Assembly (NCBI GenBank): GCA_963695855.1
Contig: CAVOHZ010000010.1
Location: 416,001-480,000 of the forward strand
Origin: an uncultured Nitrososphaerales archaeon
GTDB lineage: Archaea > Thermoproteota > Nitrososphaeria > Nitrososphaerales > Nitrososphaeraceae
DNA: 64,000 nt
Reading direction: 5' to 3'
Shown: positions 43,786 to 55,058 of the stretch, piece after piece
Numbering within the stretch: position 1 is the stretch's first letter
Layout of the letters: every line of letters starts with the position of its first letter
Translations under genes and position numbers: made by a program
Notes under the pieces: model-generated
Database searches by the model: none
What the model saw: only the letters and a program-made list of their open reading frames with translations
Told to the model about the DNA's origin: nothing

Positions 43786-44166
43786 ATTAACGATTCTGCG
43801 TAAATAGTTATCTTTAAATCAAACTATTAGATTAAAACGGACATAAATTAGTTTTACATATGAACTCAGAGGATTGCAATCTGCGAATCTATCTATATTA
43901 CCAATCTCACTTACAAAAACCATATCATAATAATATCCGAGGCGAAGTATACTAATCAATAATATTTAAGTATCATCTTCTTTAGTATGTAACTATATCT
44001 TTTTGTATACTTCTTTGATTTTTTCATCTAAAGGATGAGTTACAAAGATATGTGGCCATTTATAATTATGTAATTCAATTAACAATATACTGTAACCTGT
44101 TACTCGGCTCACTCGGATAATGATTTTTTATTATAATTTAATATGTAATCATTTGAAAGTTGTTCT

Positions 44167-45040
44167 TTAAACCCAGTTATACAATGATACTTTTAATAGC
44201 ATCTCTTTCATCATGTTCTCAAATCTTATTGCAGTAACATATGCTCCAAACATTCTTTTGATACAGGAGAAGATAGTTTTTTTTACAATCCATCGCTGTT
44301 CATAGATAAGGCTATACTTCCATTGTTGTATGTTAGTTTTCTGTGATTGTACACTCCTGTCTCTGAGATAGTAATTGGTCTTTTTACACCTAACATTCTT
44401 TCTTACCATAATTGCAGGGTTCGTTTCCCTAAAGGATAGAAATTGAAAATTTTTGTTACTAATATAGGAACCTTCCATAATGGTAGTTTCTAGTTCCTTA
44501 TTCTGCTTTATTGTTATATCATCTGCTAGTTCGGGGAAAACTTTTCCGTCATCTACTTGCTCACTGATTATTTTTAATGATAGAATTCTTTTCTTTTTAA
44601 TACCAACAGCTAGATGTATCTTAAGATAGCCTCTTTTGACATTCAACTTGAACCTAATCCATTCTCCTCGGTTGCTTACTTTCATACCAGTACAATCAAT
44701 TGCTATCACAAAATCATTATCATGTATGTTAAAATCTTGGCTTATTTTGATATTCAGTCTGTTTATTCGTCCCATTCTATTGCTATAATCAGTGATTGAT
44801 GATACTGTATTTGGAGCATGTGCTGTTACTGGATCTGCAGTCTTTCTATACGGTAAATGAAAATAGGTTCTCAAATGACCTAATAACTTGCTAAATGAAT
44901 ATGGATATACGAACTTTCCATCTTCCTTACATTCGTTCATCTTTTCTAATCAGTATCAGAGTTATCAATAACATCAAAATCAAGTAATATGTTTCCTCTC
45001 CTAACCAGCAGGGATTCTTAGTATCTATTCCAATGCCATA
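44167..45040 (-). mobile_element. Degenerate IS5-family transposase
   Basis: AIDCTGMKVSNRGEW, GYLKIHLAV, RWIV..FSCIKRMFG; the N-terminus (LVRRGNILLDFDVID) is upstream and out of frame. Confidence 0.85.
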
Positions 45041-45081
45041 CATAATATGACTAGAATTCGTTAGCTAATGTGTTAATTTGA

Positions 45082-45711
45082 GTGAGTTGTGCAATACAGC
45101 AGAAAGTATTATTAGCTCATTCTCATACATATCATGTGGATATTTTCAAACTATTTTCAAAACGGTCTTTGAGAGTTCTTCAAATCGTATTTGGAATTCT
45201 TTCGATAATAGCTGCAGCAATTGTATTAGTTTTTCCAAATATAGGAATTTTAACAGTAGTTCTAATCCTATCAATTGCACTATTATTAATAGGAATAGAA
45301 CGAGTGATTATGGGAATTTTCTCTCCTTTGAAAAAGAACATAAAAAAAGTAAACATAGGTCTTGGAATTTTGGCAATAGTACTATCAATAGTTTCTTTGG
45401 CATTTCCAATCTTTGCCATAGAGATTTTAATACTAATTATTAGCTTTGCGTTAATGTTCATTGGAATTACAAGGATCCTACATGTAATAAAACAACCGCC
45501 CGCGCAAAAATGGTTACGCGTTTTTTCAGCGGGTTCTGGTATCTTTAGTATAATTCTATCAGTGTTAACGATGATTTCGCCAACCTTTGGTATAATATTG
45601 GTAGATATTTTTGTATCCTTCGCGTTACTGATTAATGGTTTAGAAATGATAACTACTGGAATAAGCGGTGCACATAATTTCGGTAGAAAAGATTTGGAAG
45701 ATATGCGATGA
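45082..45711 (+). CDS. HdeD/DUF308 membrane protein (start may be GTG 45136)
   Basis: Six TM helices in three repeated pairs. Confidence 0.8.
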   Translation: MSCAIQQKVLLAHSHTYHVDIFKLFSKRSLRVLQIVFGILSIIAAAIVLVFPNIGILTVVLILSIALLLIGIERVIMGIFSPLKKNIKKVNIGLGILAIVLSIVSLAFPIFAIEILILIISFALMFIGITRILHVIKQPPAQKWLRVFSAGSGIFSIILSVLTMISPTFGIILVDIFVSFALLINGLEMITTGISGAHNFGRKDLEDMR

Positions 45712-45810
45712 AGTTAAGTTAAAATACACATATAAACAAATTTATTTTCGAAATCAATAATAACTTCAAATAGAGCAAATCATCTAAAGATTCCTTAATT
45801 ATCAAAAAAA

Positions 45811-47266
45811 ATGTTAACATCATTAACGAGGGATCTGATAGGTATATTTAAAAAATTGCCTGAGTTGGGTTTCAAAATGGTCAATTTTCATAATTCACGA
45901 GAAAACAATCGTTCACCAAATAAATTTTTATGTAAACAAAAGGAGATGTACATTTTAGAGAAAGTATGTATATTCTTAAATAGACAGATTAAATATATGT
46001 ATATTTGTAATATGCATAACCACAAACTGGAAAGATCAAATGATGATAAAATTAACCTAGTAATTATTTCTTGTATTCTTTTTTTATTAAGTATATTGTA
46101 TCTTAATACGAATAGCCATATATCTTATCAATTTTTAGAATCAAACAATGTTCAAACGTTGTTTCCTATATATTCTAATTATTCAAAAGCCGGTTCATTA
46201 ATGATAAATACCACTCTTCCAGAGACTCAATCAGCTTTATCACTAAATGACATCAAAAATCTTGTTAGCGCCGGTGAAATAGATAGTAACAATACAGCGT
46301 CCAATTTAATGAATCAAAGTATTTATCCCAATAATTTCCACGGTAAAAGTAGCTCTCAATATATGTTCTCTAGTAATAGAAGTGAAATAAAGACTCCGGA
46401 AAACAATAGCCATACTTTAGAATTTGAAAATTCAAGAATAGCTCTTGTTAAACCTACTTTCACCGATGCGGCTTATCATAGCGCCTTTTATGAATTTTAT
46501 AGAATGTATGAACACGTTCCTAGTGATGCAAACGTAACTAGCAATCTCAATCTACTTTCAAGCAGAATCTCTACCAATCAAGAAGGAGCAATTTCTAACG
46601 TATTTGCGATGCTTGATCTAGTAAAAAATTTAAAATGGCTAACCAATGATTCCAGTATTACGATATTGTCTGACCAAGGTATTGACTCTAAATCAATTTT
46701 TGATAAAAATGGATCTAATCTATATGATGTTATAATTCTAGGACATCAAGAGTATGTTACTCAGGAAGAATATAATAGCTTAAAAGAATTCGTTTCTGAC
46801 GGAGGAACAATTATCCTCCTTGATGGCAATGTATTTTATGCTCAGGTAAAATACAATAGCAGTACAAATCTAATAACTCTTGTTAAAGGTCACGGTTGGG
46901 CTTTCAACGGAAAGTCTGCATGGAAAAAGTGTAGATGAAAGATGGAAAAATGAGACCGCCAAATGGATAGGAAGTAATTACCTATGTGCTATTTGTCATA
47001 TTTCATATCTAAATAATCCTTTTGGATATATTCATCACGAGGAACAATATGTAACTAATCTAAAAGACATTATTCTGTTAAGTTATCCAATCACTAATTT
47101 GGATTCTAAGATACCTAAAAAGATCGTAGTAGCAACATATGAATTGAACTATAATAAAGGAAAAGTTATAGCCCTGGGCTTATATTCTGATGATATAATA
47201 GATAATGGAGTTTTCGATAGATTTTTTGATAGTCTATTGGTTAAATATGCGCTCCGCAAAAGTTAA
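45811..47266 (+). pseudogene. Secreted protein with glutamine-amidotransferase-like / N,N-dimethylformamidase-beta-like domain, split by a +1 frameshift at ~46926
   Basis: ILGHQEYVTQEEY, GGTIILLDGN; removing one A from GGAAAAAGT gives a continuous SAWKSVDERW. Confidence 0.7.
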
Positions 47267-47341
47267 ACATGATACTATCATGATAATATTATAATATTCA
47301 AAGATAAATATCATAAAAATAACTTTTGGGTAGTTATAAAA

Positions 47342-48247
47342 TTGTTACCATTTCAATTCAAAGAACACAACACATATGTTCAAATGATAAACCATATACA
47401 AATCAACATTTATAATATAATTCATTCTTTACATATTATGAATATATCATTTATGTTTTTTGTTACTATAGTAATACTAGGATTGTATTCAATCAATTTC
47501 ATTTTTGTAAATGACTCTTTTGGGATAATCATTCAAGATGACAATAATGCTATAATTTTAAATTCTACAAATAACACATTTACAGAATCAGTACCAAGAA
47601 TTCCCCCTTCTGCTTTATATGAAAAGGATACTTCTATCATATCAAGTACCGAAACATCACAGGAAGATCAAGCTCTTCAAAAAAATGAATCGTTTATTGA
47701 AAATGTTATAAAGTCAAAATTTGGAGAAAATAAAAATTCTTCTGCTACTATTGGTACTACTATGGATAATTCAACTTTATCTCAATTTTATCATATGCGA
47801 AATAACTATTTGTCACAATGGGAGGCAGTGCCTTTTCAGTCTAATTTTGCTACCCTTATTAACGAGGATTTAAACAAAGAAGGATATGGAGTATTTACTG
47901 AAAGAAATTCTAATATTTTTAACCCAGATGAACGAATATCTCTATATCTAGAACCAATAGGATTTAAACACAAACCAATAATAGACTCGAAAGGAACCAA
48001 ATTATACTTCACAAATATTACAACAATAATAACAATGCAGGATGATAATGGAAATGAAGTACCATCTATAGAAGATATAAAAAACTATAACTCTAAATCT
48101 CATAACAAAATAACTGAGCTGTTTTTACATATAGATTTGGATTTGATCCCACCTCTTCCATCTGGAAATTATATCATAACTTACAGTATTTTTGATGAAA
48201 TATCAAAGCAAGATTTTGATCTTCAAAAAAATATTACTATATCATAG
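47342..48247 (+). CDS. Secreted hypothetical protein
   Basis: N-terminal TM (likely start 47438); LYLEPIGF, LPSGNYII Ig-like tail. Confidence 0.75.
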   Translation: MLPFQFKEHNTYVQMINHIQINIYNIIHSLHIMNISFMFFVTIVILGLYSINFIFVNDSFGIIIQDDNNAIILNSTNNTFTESVPRIPPSALYEKDTSIISSTETSQEDQALQKNESFIENVIKSKFGENKNSSATIGTTMDNSTLSQFYHMRNNYLSQWEAVPFQSNFATLINEDLNKEGYGVFTERNSNIFNPDERISLYLEPIGFKHKPIIDSKGTKLYFTNITTIITMQDDNGNEVPSIEDIKNYNSKSHNKITELFLHIDLDLIPPLPSGNYIITYSIFDEISKQDFDLQKNITIS

Positions 48248-48697
48248 AATATTGGGTTAACGCAATTTTACACCTAAGTATATTTGAGATTTGAATTTTG
48301 TTATTTTTGATCATTGGATCTGATTTGATTCTCTGTTATGCAATTCCATTCATAGACCAATCAGCATTAACTATCTAGATTTTACTTGAAGGTACTAAAA
48401 ATAGCTTTGATTCTGTTTTATTTGGAATTGGTAGTGTCATTGTTATAACCAGCTGAGTCTGATTAGTGTCTGATGATATGAAATCCATTATATTTTCTTG
48501 TTATGCCTATGCGTGCAAATCAGACAGGATCAAGATAGTTAACATCAATGCCATTGTTACCATCAAATGACTGGATTTGTCAAATTTCAAGATAGTCAAC
48601 CTCATACATCATTGACATTAATTCTTTTGTTATTAAGAAGATCTATTAACTTGATTAACTAATATTTATATTTAATAAATAATATATTTTATTAAAG

Positions 48698-48841
48698 ATG
48701 GAAACGAAATATATTTATGAAATTAATTCAAAAGCATATGATCAAGATACATACAATACTAGATTATATCCTCAAAATTATATTCAATCAGTTTTTCCCG
48801 TTGAAAAAAGTTATCTAGAAATAGATCAAGTTTCAAGTTAA
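48698..48841 (+). CDS. Small hypothetical protein (47 aa) upstream of patatin
   Basis: ATG 33 bp after TTTATATT; manual translation METKYIYEINSKAYDQ.. Confidence 0.4.
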   Translation: METKYIYEINSKAYDQDTYNTRLYPQNYIQSVFPVEKSYLEIDQVSS

Positions 48842-48870
48842 ATAATTGCAGGAAGTCAATAAATTCGATC

Positions 48871-49971
48871 ATGGATAAGGAATCATATAAAGAAACAGTC
48901 CTTATAATGCAAGGAGGAGGATCACTAGGTTCTTATGAATGTGGTGTGTACAAAGTTTTAGAAAAACATAATATAAAATTTGACATAATCGCTGGTACGT
49001 CTATTGGTGCTATCAATGCCTCTATTATAGCCGGGACAAAGACTGATACTCCAGCACTTGCACTAGAAGATTTTTGGTATTCATTAGCAGAAAACTCGAC
49101 ATCATCATATTTTTCAGACGAACTGCGATCTTATTATTCATCCATGTACGCAGCAATTTTTGGCAATCCTAACGTCTTCATCCCGATCTGGCTCAAACCC
49201 TTTTCATACTATTCTTATATAAATTCAAATTATATTTATGATCTTGCTCCATTAAAAAACAAAATCACTGAATACGTAGATTTTGAGAGGATTACAACGG
49301 ATTCTAGTCCACGGCTCATCTTAACAGCCACCGATATCCAAAAAGGTGAATTGATAAAATTTGATAGCAAAAAAGATAGGATTGATCTGAATACTATGCT
49401 TGGATGTGTTGGTTTTCCTTTCTACGGGATTAAATGGACAAGAAAAGATGACAAATACCTTTGGGACGGCGCACTTGAAAGTAATACACCAATAAAAGCA
49501 ATAATGGATTCTTCTCCTAAATTCAATAAACTCGTATACATGATTAATCTATTTCCTCGGGTTCAGGCTGAACTACCAAAAAACCTGTTAGAAGTATGGC
49601 ATAGAGCACGAGATATTATATATAGTGATAAAACACAGTCAAATGTTGATATTTATAATTCTATTTCAGAATATATTTTTCTCTTAAAGGAAATGAATGA
49701 AATAATATCAAATAATGAATCTTGTCTGGACTTTGAAGCAAAATTCAAATTTAAAAAAATACAAAAATTGTACAATAAACTAGCAGTTGATAGGGGTGCA
49801 ATATTAGAAAAAATAATTCGAATAGAGCGAACAGAAAAAATTCACTTCCTTTTCGAAGATGTAGATTTTTCTTTAAAGACGATAAAAAAACTAATAAAAC
49901 AGGGGGAACATGATGCAGAATTAGAAATATCCAAACAAAAAGGTGAAAATCCACTCTTTCTAACCGTGTAA
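48871..49971 (+). CDS. Patatin-like phospholipase
   Basis: QGGGSLG, GTSIG nucleophile elbow, DGA. Confidence 0.93.
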   Translation: MDKESYKETVLIMQGGGSLGSYECGVYKVLEKHNIKFDIIAGTSIGAINASIIAGTKTDTPALALEDFWYSLAENSTSSYFSDELRSYYSSMYAAIFGNPNVFIPIWLKPFSYYSYINSNYIYDLAPLKNKITEYVDFERITTDSSPRLILTATDIQKGELIKFDSKKDRIDLNTMLGCVGFPFYGIKWTRKDDKYLWDGALESNTPIKAIMDSSPKFNKLVYMINLFPRVQAELPKNLLEVWHRARDIIYSDKTQSNVDIYNSISEYIFLLKEMNEIISNNESCLDFEAKFKFKKIQKLYNKLAVDRGAILEKIIRIERTEKIHFLFEDVDFSLKTIKKLIKQGEHDAELEISKQKGENPLFLTV

Positions 49972-50592
49972 TGGAATCCAATTATTCAGATAAATAAAAT
50001 ATAAGAATTGAAATGAATTATGTTCTCTTTATCCATAAATAACAGTTTTATAGATCGTATATGTTAACATAATTATAGATTGATACCCAACTATACTACC
50101 TAACACATACCATCAATTATTATTTGTCCTGATAAATTTATAGTCTGTATTTCGAGTACCAATGAATTATAAATTGCCTGTCTAACTATTCTAGATCCTT
50201 GTTCAATTGTTGCTGACCTAATAGATACATACGGTTTCATTCCGTAACATTCCGTAAGCATGAACACCGAGTACAAATAGATATAACAAACGAAATATAA
50301 TGTCAAATGAGATTTTTAATGTAACCAAATAAGTACATGCGAAATCACTAAAAGCATATATACAGGGTTTACATGGATATCTTTTTTTAATCTAACAATT
50401 GACTTACGTATCTATTGTTACATCTGGACATTTTCTTTTTCCATGTCACCTACCATCAAAAATATAACCTACTTTTCTGAATATCTGTAATCAATGTTAA
50501 CGGTTTGATCTCATGTAAAAATTACGCATAAGGTAATAATCATTATTATGCCTTTTTATTTCAAATGTAAAAGTATTGCCTAAAAGAAAAAA

Positions 50593-50817
50593 TTAGTTTG
50601 TAAAAATTTTGTACTTGTATACATCATTTGTATCTATACTCAAGAAAACTTCTCTGCCGTTATATCCATCAATGAATTGAACAGGAAATTGGAAGATTCG
50701 CCTTCCCCGTACAGTGATATATGCACTATCTGCCGCTATTACGTTGCCTAAAATGTTTCCATCTTTTGTCCTAACTCCTTTATGGACCAATTTATTAAAA
50801 TATGAGATTGTAGACAT
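50593..50817 (-). CDS. Small PRC-barrel-like protein, paralogue 1
   Basis: VHKGVRTKDGNILGNV; similar to 51559..51774. Confidence 0.75.
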   Translation of the reverse strand: MSTISYFNKLVHKGVRTKDGNILGNVIAADSAYITVRGRRIFQFPVQFIDGYNGREVFLSIDTNDVYKYKIFTN

Positions 50818-50862
50818 TTTTAAGTCAGAAGAAGGTATATGTCAATAATTATATAACCATGA

Positions 50863-50877
50863 GTGAACAACGTTAAC
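50863..50877 (-). promoter_or_regulatory. GTTAAC-N3-GTTMAC motif 5 bp upstream of TATA
   Basis: Minus strand GTTAAC-GTT-GTTCAC-tcatg-GTTATATA. Confidence 0.6.
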
Positions 50878-50886
50878 CGATACTAA

Positions 50887-51318
50887 ACAATCATTACAAA
50901 TTTAGAATTACTAGATGACAACAAAACTCTTTATTATCAAATTAATGTTCTAGATGTTCCAAAAATAACAGGGATCCATATTCATAAAGGTAACTTGGGT
51001 GAAAATGGAGATGTATTGGTGAGTATATATAATGTAAAGGAAGACATATTTAAAAATCAAAATACAACAAAAATTTCTGAAATAGAATCTAACTCTATAA
51101 CAATTAATGGAAACAAACAAAATTCCCTCGCCGCAAGTAGAACAATCAATAACTTGGATTTGCAAGGACCCCTGAAAGGAAAGAATATTTCTGATCTGAT
51201 CACTTTAACAGAAAGTGGAGACACCTACGTGAATGTCCGTAGGACGATTAATATTGATGATGAAATCGGAAGTCAGATAAATCAAATTAAAATCAAAATT
51301 TTTAATTTTTTTAAATAA
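50887..51318 (+). pseudogene. Truncated CHRD-domain gene
   Basis: In-frame upstream of ORF 50995: LYYQINVLDVPKITGIHIHKGNLGENGDV; degenerate YVNV..DEIGSQI; no start before the upstream stop. Confidence 0.7.
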
Positions 51319-51558
51319 AAATTCAAATTTTATTATACTTTTTATCTGGATACAATAGATTGAATAGGTCAGAAAATTTTTTTAATAATTTAAATAACTA
51401 TGATATGAAAGTATAACTCGGAAATGTTGAAAAATACAAAAGATCTACAATAGCTAACAGGATCACGATAAAATAGAATATTTAAACTAATTTCGCTCCT
51501 ACATTTTGGCCAAAGTTTAATTTAATTAACAATAAAAAATAAAAAATGATGTTGATCT

Positions 51559-51774
51559 TTAGATTTTGTACTTGTATGCTTCCTTCGTATCTAATGTTAG
51601 AAAAACTTCGCTTCCATTGTAAAGATCAATGAATTTTGATGGAATTTTCAGGATTTTTCTTCCTTGGACGGTTATATTTGAACCCTCAATAGCAATTACA
51701 TTTCCCAAATCGTTTCCGTCCTTTGTTCTCACACCTTTATGTACCATTCGTTCCAAGTCATGAATCGTAGACAT
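51559..51774 (-). CDS. Small PRC-barrel-like protein, paralogue 2
   Basis: VHKGVRTKDGNDLGNV. Confidence 0.75.
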   Translation of the reverse strand: MSTIHDLERMVHKGVRTKDGNDLGNVIAIEGSNITVQGRKILKIPSKFIDLYNGSEVFLTLDTKEAYKYKI

Positions 51775-51817
51775 TTATCTTCAAAATATGCAACATATAA
51801 AAGATATATAAATATGA

Positions 51818-51832
51818 GTTAACAAGGTTAAC
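51818..51832 (-). promoter_or_regulatory. GTTAAC-N3-GTTAAC motif 5 bp upstream of TATA
   Basis: Minus strand GTTAAC-CTT-GTTAAC-tcata-TTTATATA. Confidence 0.6.
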
Positions 51833-52389
51833 TTAATTTTTATTATGAGTCAGACAAACAATAAAGTCCCTTAACCGACTTAAATTACCTTCAAATAAAA
51901 AAGCCTTACAGATTACATTTAAAATTAAAATTGCGGTATTTACTTTCATTGTTATAGCGTCAATATTTCTTATGTCAAGATATTGTAGCAACAAGAAAGT
52001 TAGAGCAGAATCAGATACTGCGTCTAGTAATATTTTACCGTTAAATAAATCTATTTTAGTACTGATTATGGAGAGTTATTGTGAAATGTACAAAATTCGA
52101 CGATTCAAATATCGTCTCGTTCTGCGAATTTATTATATTATATTGACTATGAATATAATAAAATAGGTTCAGGTTTTGTATATAACACGGGAGCACATAT
52201 AATTAAGAATAATCATATTATTCAAAAATCAAATAAACTCGATGTTGGTTTTTAAAATTGAAATCTCTACACCGCAAATATAGTAGAAAGTGATGCCCAA
52301 TTGATATCGGCCTCATAAAACTAAATATATCTTTACGATAAAATATTAATTGCATGAGATTTGCCAAACTCTTGTTTAATTAAAATATG

Positions 52390-52730
52390 AGAAACTTTTG
52401 CGGCAATTTGAAATTTCTTGATTATCGAGTAGATTACGGAAGCGATCGATGACTACGCTGGAAGATCATTACTACCATATAATGAGTCAAGGAGTAACAC
52501 ATTTTTTAAATCAGGAACTGTACAACTTTGAATTTCAGATACGGCCCCAAATACCTGCTGTCGTAAATCCAGGAAATTTCGGTCTTTTCCTTAATTTAGA
52601 AGGTAATTTTATAGGATAAAACACATCGTTTTTTTCCTCTACCGGTGCGCGTGCTTGTGTATGTAATTCGATTTTGTATGGTTTCTTAGCAGGCTGGAAA
52701 GTATTACCAATGTATGTGAATGAACTTTTA
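52390..52730 (+). pseudogene. Decayed HtrA/trypsin-like protease fragment
   Basis: QIPAVVNPGNFGLFLNLEGNFIG*NTSFFSSTG resembles QTDAAINPGNSGGPLLN..G.VIGINT; boundaries approximate. Confidence 0.65.
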
Positions 52731-52828
52731 ACCGTATGAAAGTATAACAGCTAGCATTACAATTTTATTTGATCTTTATTATTAAAAAATCAAATTGGGG
52801 ATAATGAAGGATAGATAGGTAGTTAATT

Positions 52829-53152
52829 ATGTTTGGAGAAATTCTTGCAATATGGGGTTGCGTACCTGAAATAACTGGGGATTGTATAGATATGACAAAT
52901 GCAGCGAGCACTTATGTTGGAATTTTGATAGGAGGAATTATGGGAGGCATAATATCATGGTGGATATATAATAGACAGAAAAAAACTTCAGACAAGGAGG
53001 ATGAAGTACTACAACATATTGAAGATCTTGAAGAGAATAATGAAATGGTGCTCAAAAAAATAGAATATTTTGAAGAGAATAATGAGAAACTTTTACAAAA
53101 TATTTTTCAACTGGAGAAAAAAATAGATTCAATAATAGAAAAAAACTCATAG
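52829..53152 (+). CDS. Single-TM coiled-coil protein
   Basis: GxxxG TM segment followed by coiled coil. Confidence 0.75.
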   Translation: MFGEILAIWGCVPEITGDCIDMTNAASTYVGILIGGIMGGIISWWIYNRQKKTSDKEDEVLQHIEDLEENNEMVLKKIEYFEENNEKLLQNIFQLEKKIDSIIEKNS

Positions 53153-53193
53153 AAAAATCTTATTCTGAGAGTTCTATTTCGATGTATTAATAT

Positions 53194-53208
53194 GTTAACA
53201 AAGTTCAC
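53194..53208 (+). promoter_or_regulatory. GTTAAC-N3-GTTCAC motif 5 bp upstream of TATA
   Basis: GTTAAC-AAA-GTTCAC-ttttc-TTTATATA. Confidence 0.6.
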
Positions 53209-53252
53209 TTTTCTTTATATACCAATATTTTCTAATTAAAACAGGATTAAAA

Positions 53253-53774
53253 ATGATAGATAAAAGAAGAACTCATCAAAATAACGAGAAAAAAAAGAGC
53301 AAAAAATGTTTAATATCAATTAAGACTTTTGTCATTGTTTTGTTCGCAGCGTTGACTACTGTTATTGCAAATATCGCAGTAAATTTCGATAATGGAAATG
53401 GAATATTAATGATGCCCGGAATACCTACTGCAAATGCTCAGCAGTCAACCTCCGGAGAAAATGGAATTGTAGATTTAAAGGTTTCAGAGAGAAATGGTAA
53501 CTTCGTATGGGAATCCGGAGACAATAAGGTAAATCCACAAATTAACATGAAAGCAAATGCTGTCTATAGTATTCAATTGGAGAGCATGGATGGAAACAAC
53601 ATAGAACATCAATTGGTTATACAGACAAAGGATGGTAAAGAATTAGTAAAATCGGCTGAAATCTCCAATGGTGAGACAGACGACTTCTCCTTTACACCTA
53701 AAACTATTGGAACCTATGAGTATCACTGTGAATACCATCCACAAACAATGAAAGGAACAATAATTGTATCCTAA
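53253..53774 (+). CDS. Cupredoxin (type-1 copper) protein
   Basis: HQLVI plus YHCEYHPQTMKG. Confidence 0.9.
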   Translation: MIDKRRTHQNNEKKKSKKCLISIKTFVIVLFAALTTVIANIAVNFDNGNGILMMPGIPTANAQQSTSGENGIVDLKVSERNGNFVWESGDNKVNPQINMKANAVYSIQLESMDGNNIEHQLVIQTKDGKELVKSAEISNGETDDFSFTPKTIGTYEYHCEYHPQTMKGTIIVS

Positions 53775-53840
53775 TAAAGAGTTATTTTCATTTTCACTCT
53801 TATTAGAACAGATTTTGTAATTTAGGTGTAAGATAAAATT

Positions 53841-54947
53841 ATGATCCCAAACTCTTTCTATAAACAATTTGTTATAGTTGTTTTTCTTGTGTTAGTATAT
53901 TTATTTGGAAATAATATACAATATTTTTTTATTTATGGAGATTTTGTTGATACATTAAATAAAATTCAAAATTGTAATGATGGAAAGATTATCGATAGAG
54001 TATTATCTGGTTCTAATTTTGATAGTTATAGTAAACAGGGTTTTAACACTCCACAAAATTTTCATCATATCAAAAAATTCAACTCTAATGGCGATTTAAT
54101 TGATAGTTGGGGCATAAAAGGATCAAAAGATGGTCAATTTCTACATCCCCACGGAATCGGCTCTGATTCTAAAGGAAACATATTCGTAAGCGACGCCGTA
54201 TTGTGTAATATTCAGAAATTTGATAAAAATGGTAAATTCTTGTTGAAATTTGGTAAGAGAGGAGATGGACCTGGTGAATTCTTACAGCCAGAAAGTATTG
54301 CTATAGATAAGAATGATAATGTATTTGTAGTTGATTATGTTACTTCACATATCCAAAAGTTTGACAATGATGGTAACTTTATTACAATGTGGGGATCAAA
54401 AGGAAATGGAACAAATCAATTTATGAAGCCATGGGGAATAGGAGTAGATTCTAAAGGTTATGTTTATGTAGGTGATCAGGAAAATCCAGTCATCCAAAAA
54501 TTTGATAACAATGGAAATTTTGTTAAGAAATGGGGTTCCTATGGATCCAAAGCAGGAGAATTTGTTCATATTCATGATGTTACCTTGGATTCAGTAGATA
54601 ATGTCTATGTAACTGATGGCAGAGATAATTCTAGAGTTGAAAAATTTGATAGTAACGGCAACTTTATTACTATGTGGGGATCAAAAGGAAGTGATAAGGG
54701 TCAATTCATAGAAGACCATGGGATAGCAGTAGATAAATCAGGATATGTATATGTAGCAGATACAAGAAATGTAAGAGTACAAAAATTTGACAGTAATGGT
54801 AACTTCATTACAATGTGGGGATCTCTTGGATGTAAAAATGACCAATTTTTAATACCTCATGATATAACAATTAGTCCAGATGGAAACATATATGTAAGTG
54901 ATAGCGGAAATGTACATTTTAGACAAAATTACATGTGTAATCCTTAG
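53841..54947 (+). CDS. NHL-repeat beta-propeller protein
   Basis: Repeated IQKFD.NGNFI..WGS.G...GQF..P.GI.VD. Confidence 0.93.
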   Translation: MIPNSFYKQFVIVVFLVLVYLFGNNIQYFFIYGDFVDTLNKIQNCNDGKIIDRVLSGSNFDSYSKQGFNTPQNFHHIKKFNSNGDLIDSWGIKGSKDGQFLHPHGIGSDSKGNIFVSDAVLCNIQKFDKNGKFLLKFGKRGDGPGEFLQPESIAIDKNDNVFVVDYVTSHIQKFDNDGNFITMWGSKGNGTNQFMKPWGIGVDSKGYVYVGDQENPVIQKFDNNGNFVKKWGSYGSKAGEFVHIHDVTLDSVDNVYVTDGRDNSRVEKFDSNGNFITMWGSKGSDKGQFIEDHGIAVDKSGYVYVADTRNVRVQKFDSNGNFITMWGSLGCKNDQFLIPHDITISPDGNIYVSDSGNVHFRQNYMCNP

Positions 54948-55058
54948 TCATAAATTATTAACATGATCATTTTCATTTAGATAAAGAGTCCTCTTTGGAA
55001 GGTCATAAATTATTAACATGATCATTTTCATTTAGATAAAGAGTCCTCTTTGGAAGGT
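54947..55058. repeat. Perfect 55-bp tandem duplication
   Basis: 54947-55001 is identical to 55002-55056. Confidence 0.95.

Noticed and set aside
45813-45827. GTTAAC-ATC-ATTAAC as another regulon site
   Set aside because: No TATA box and gene at the 5-bp spacing on either strand
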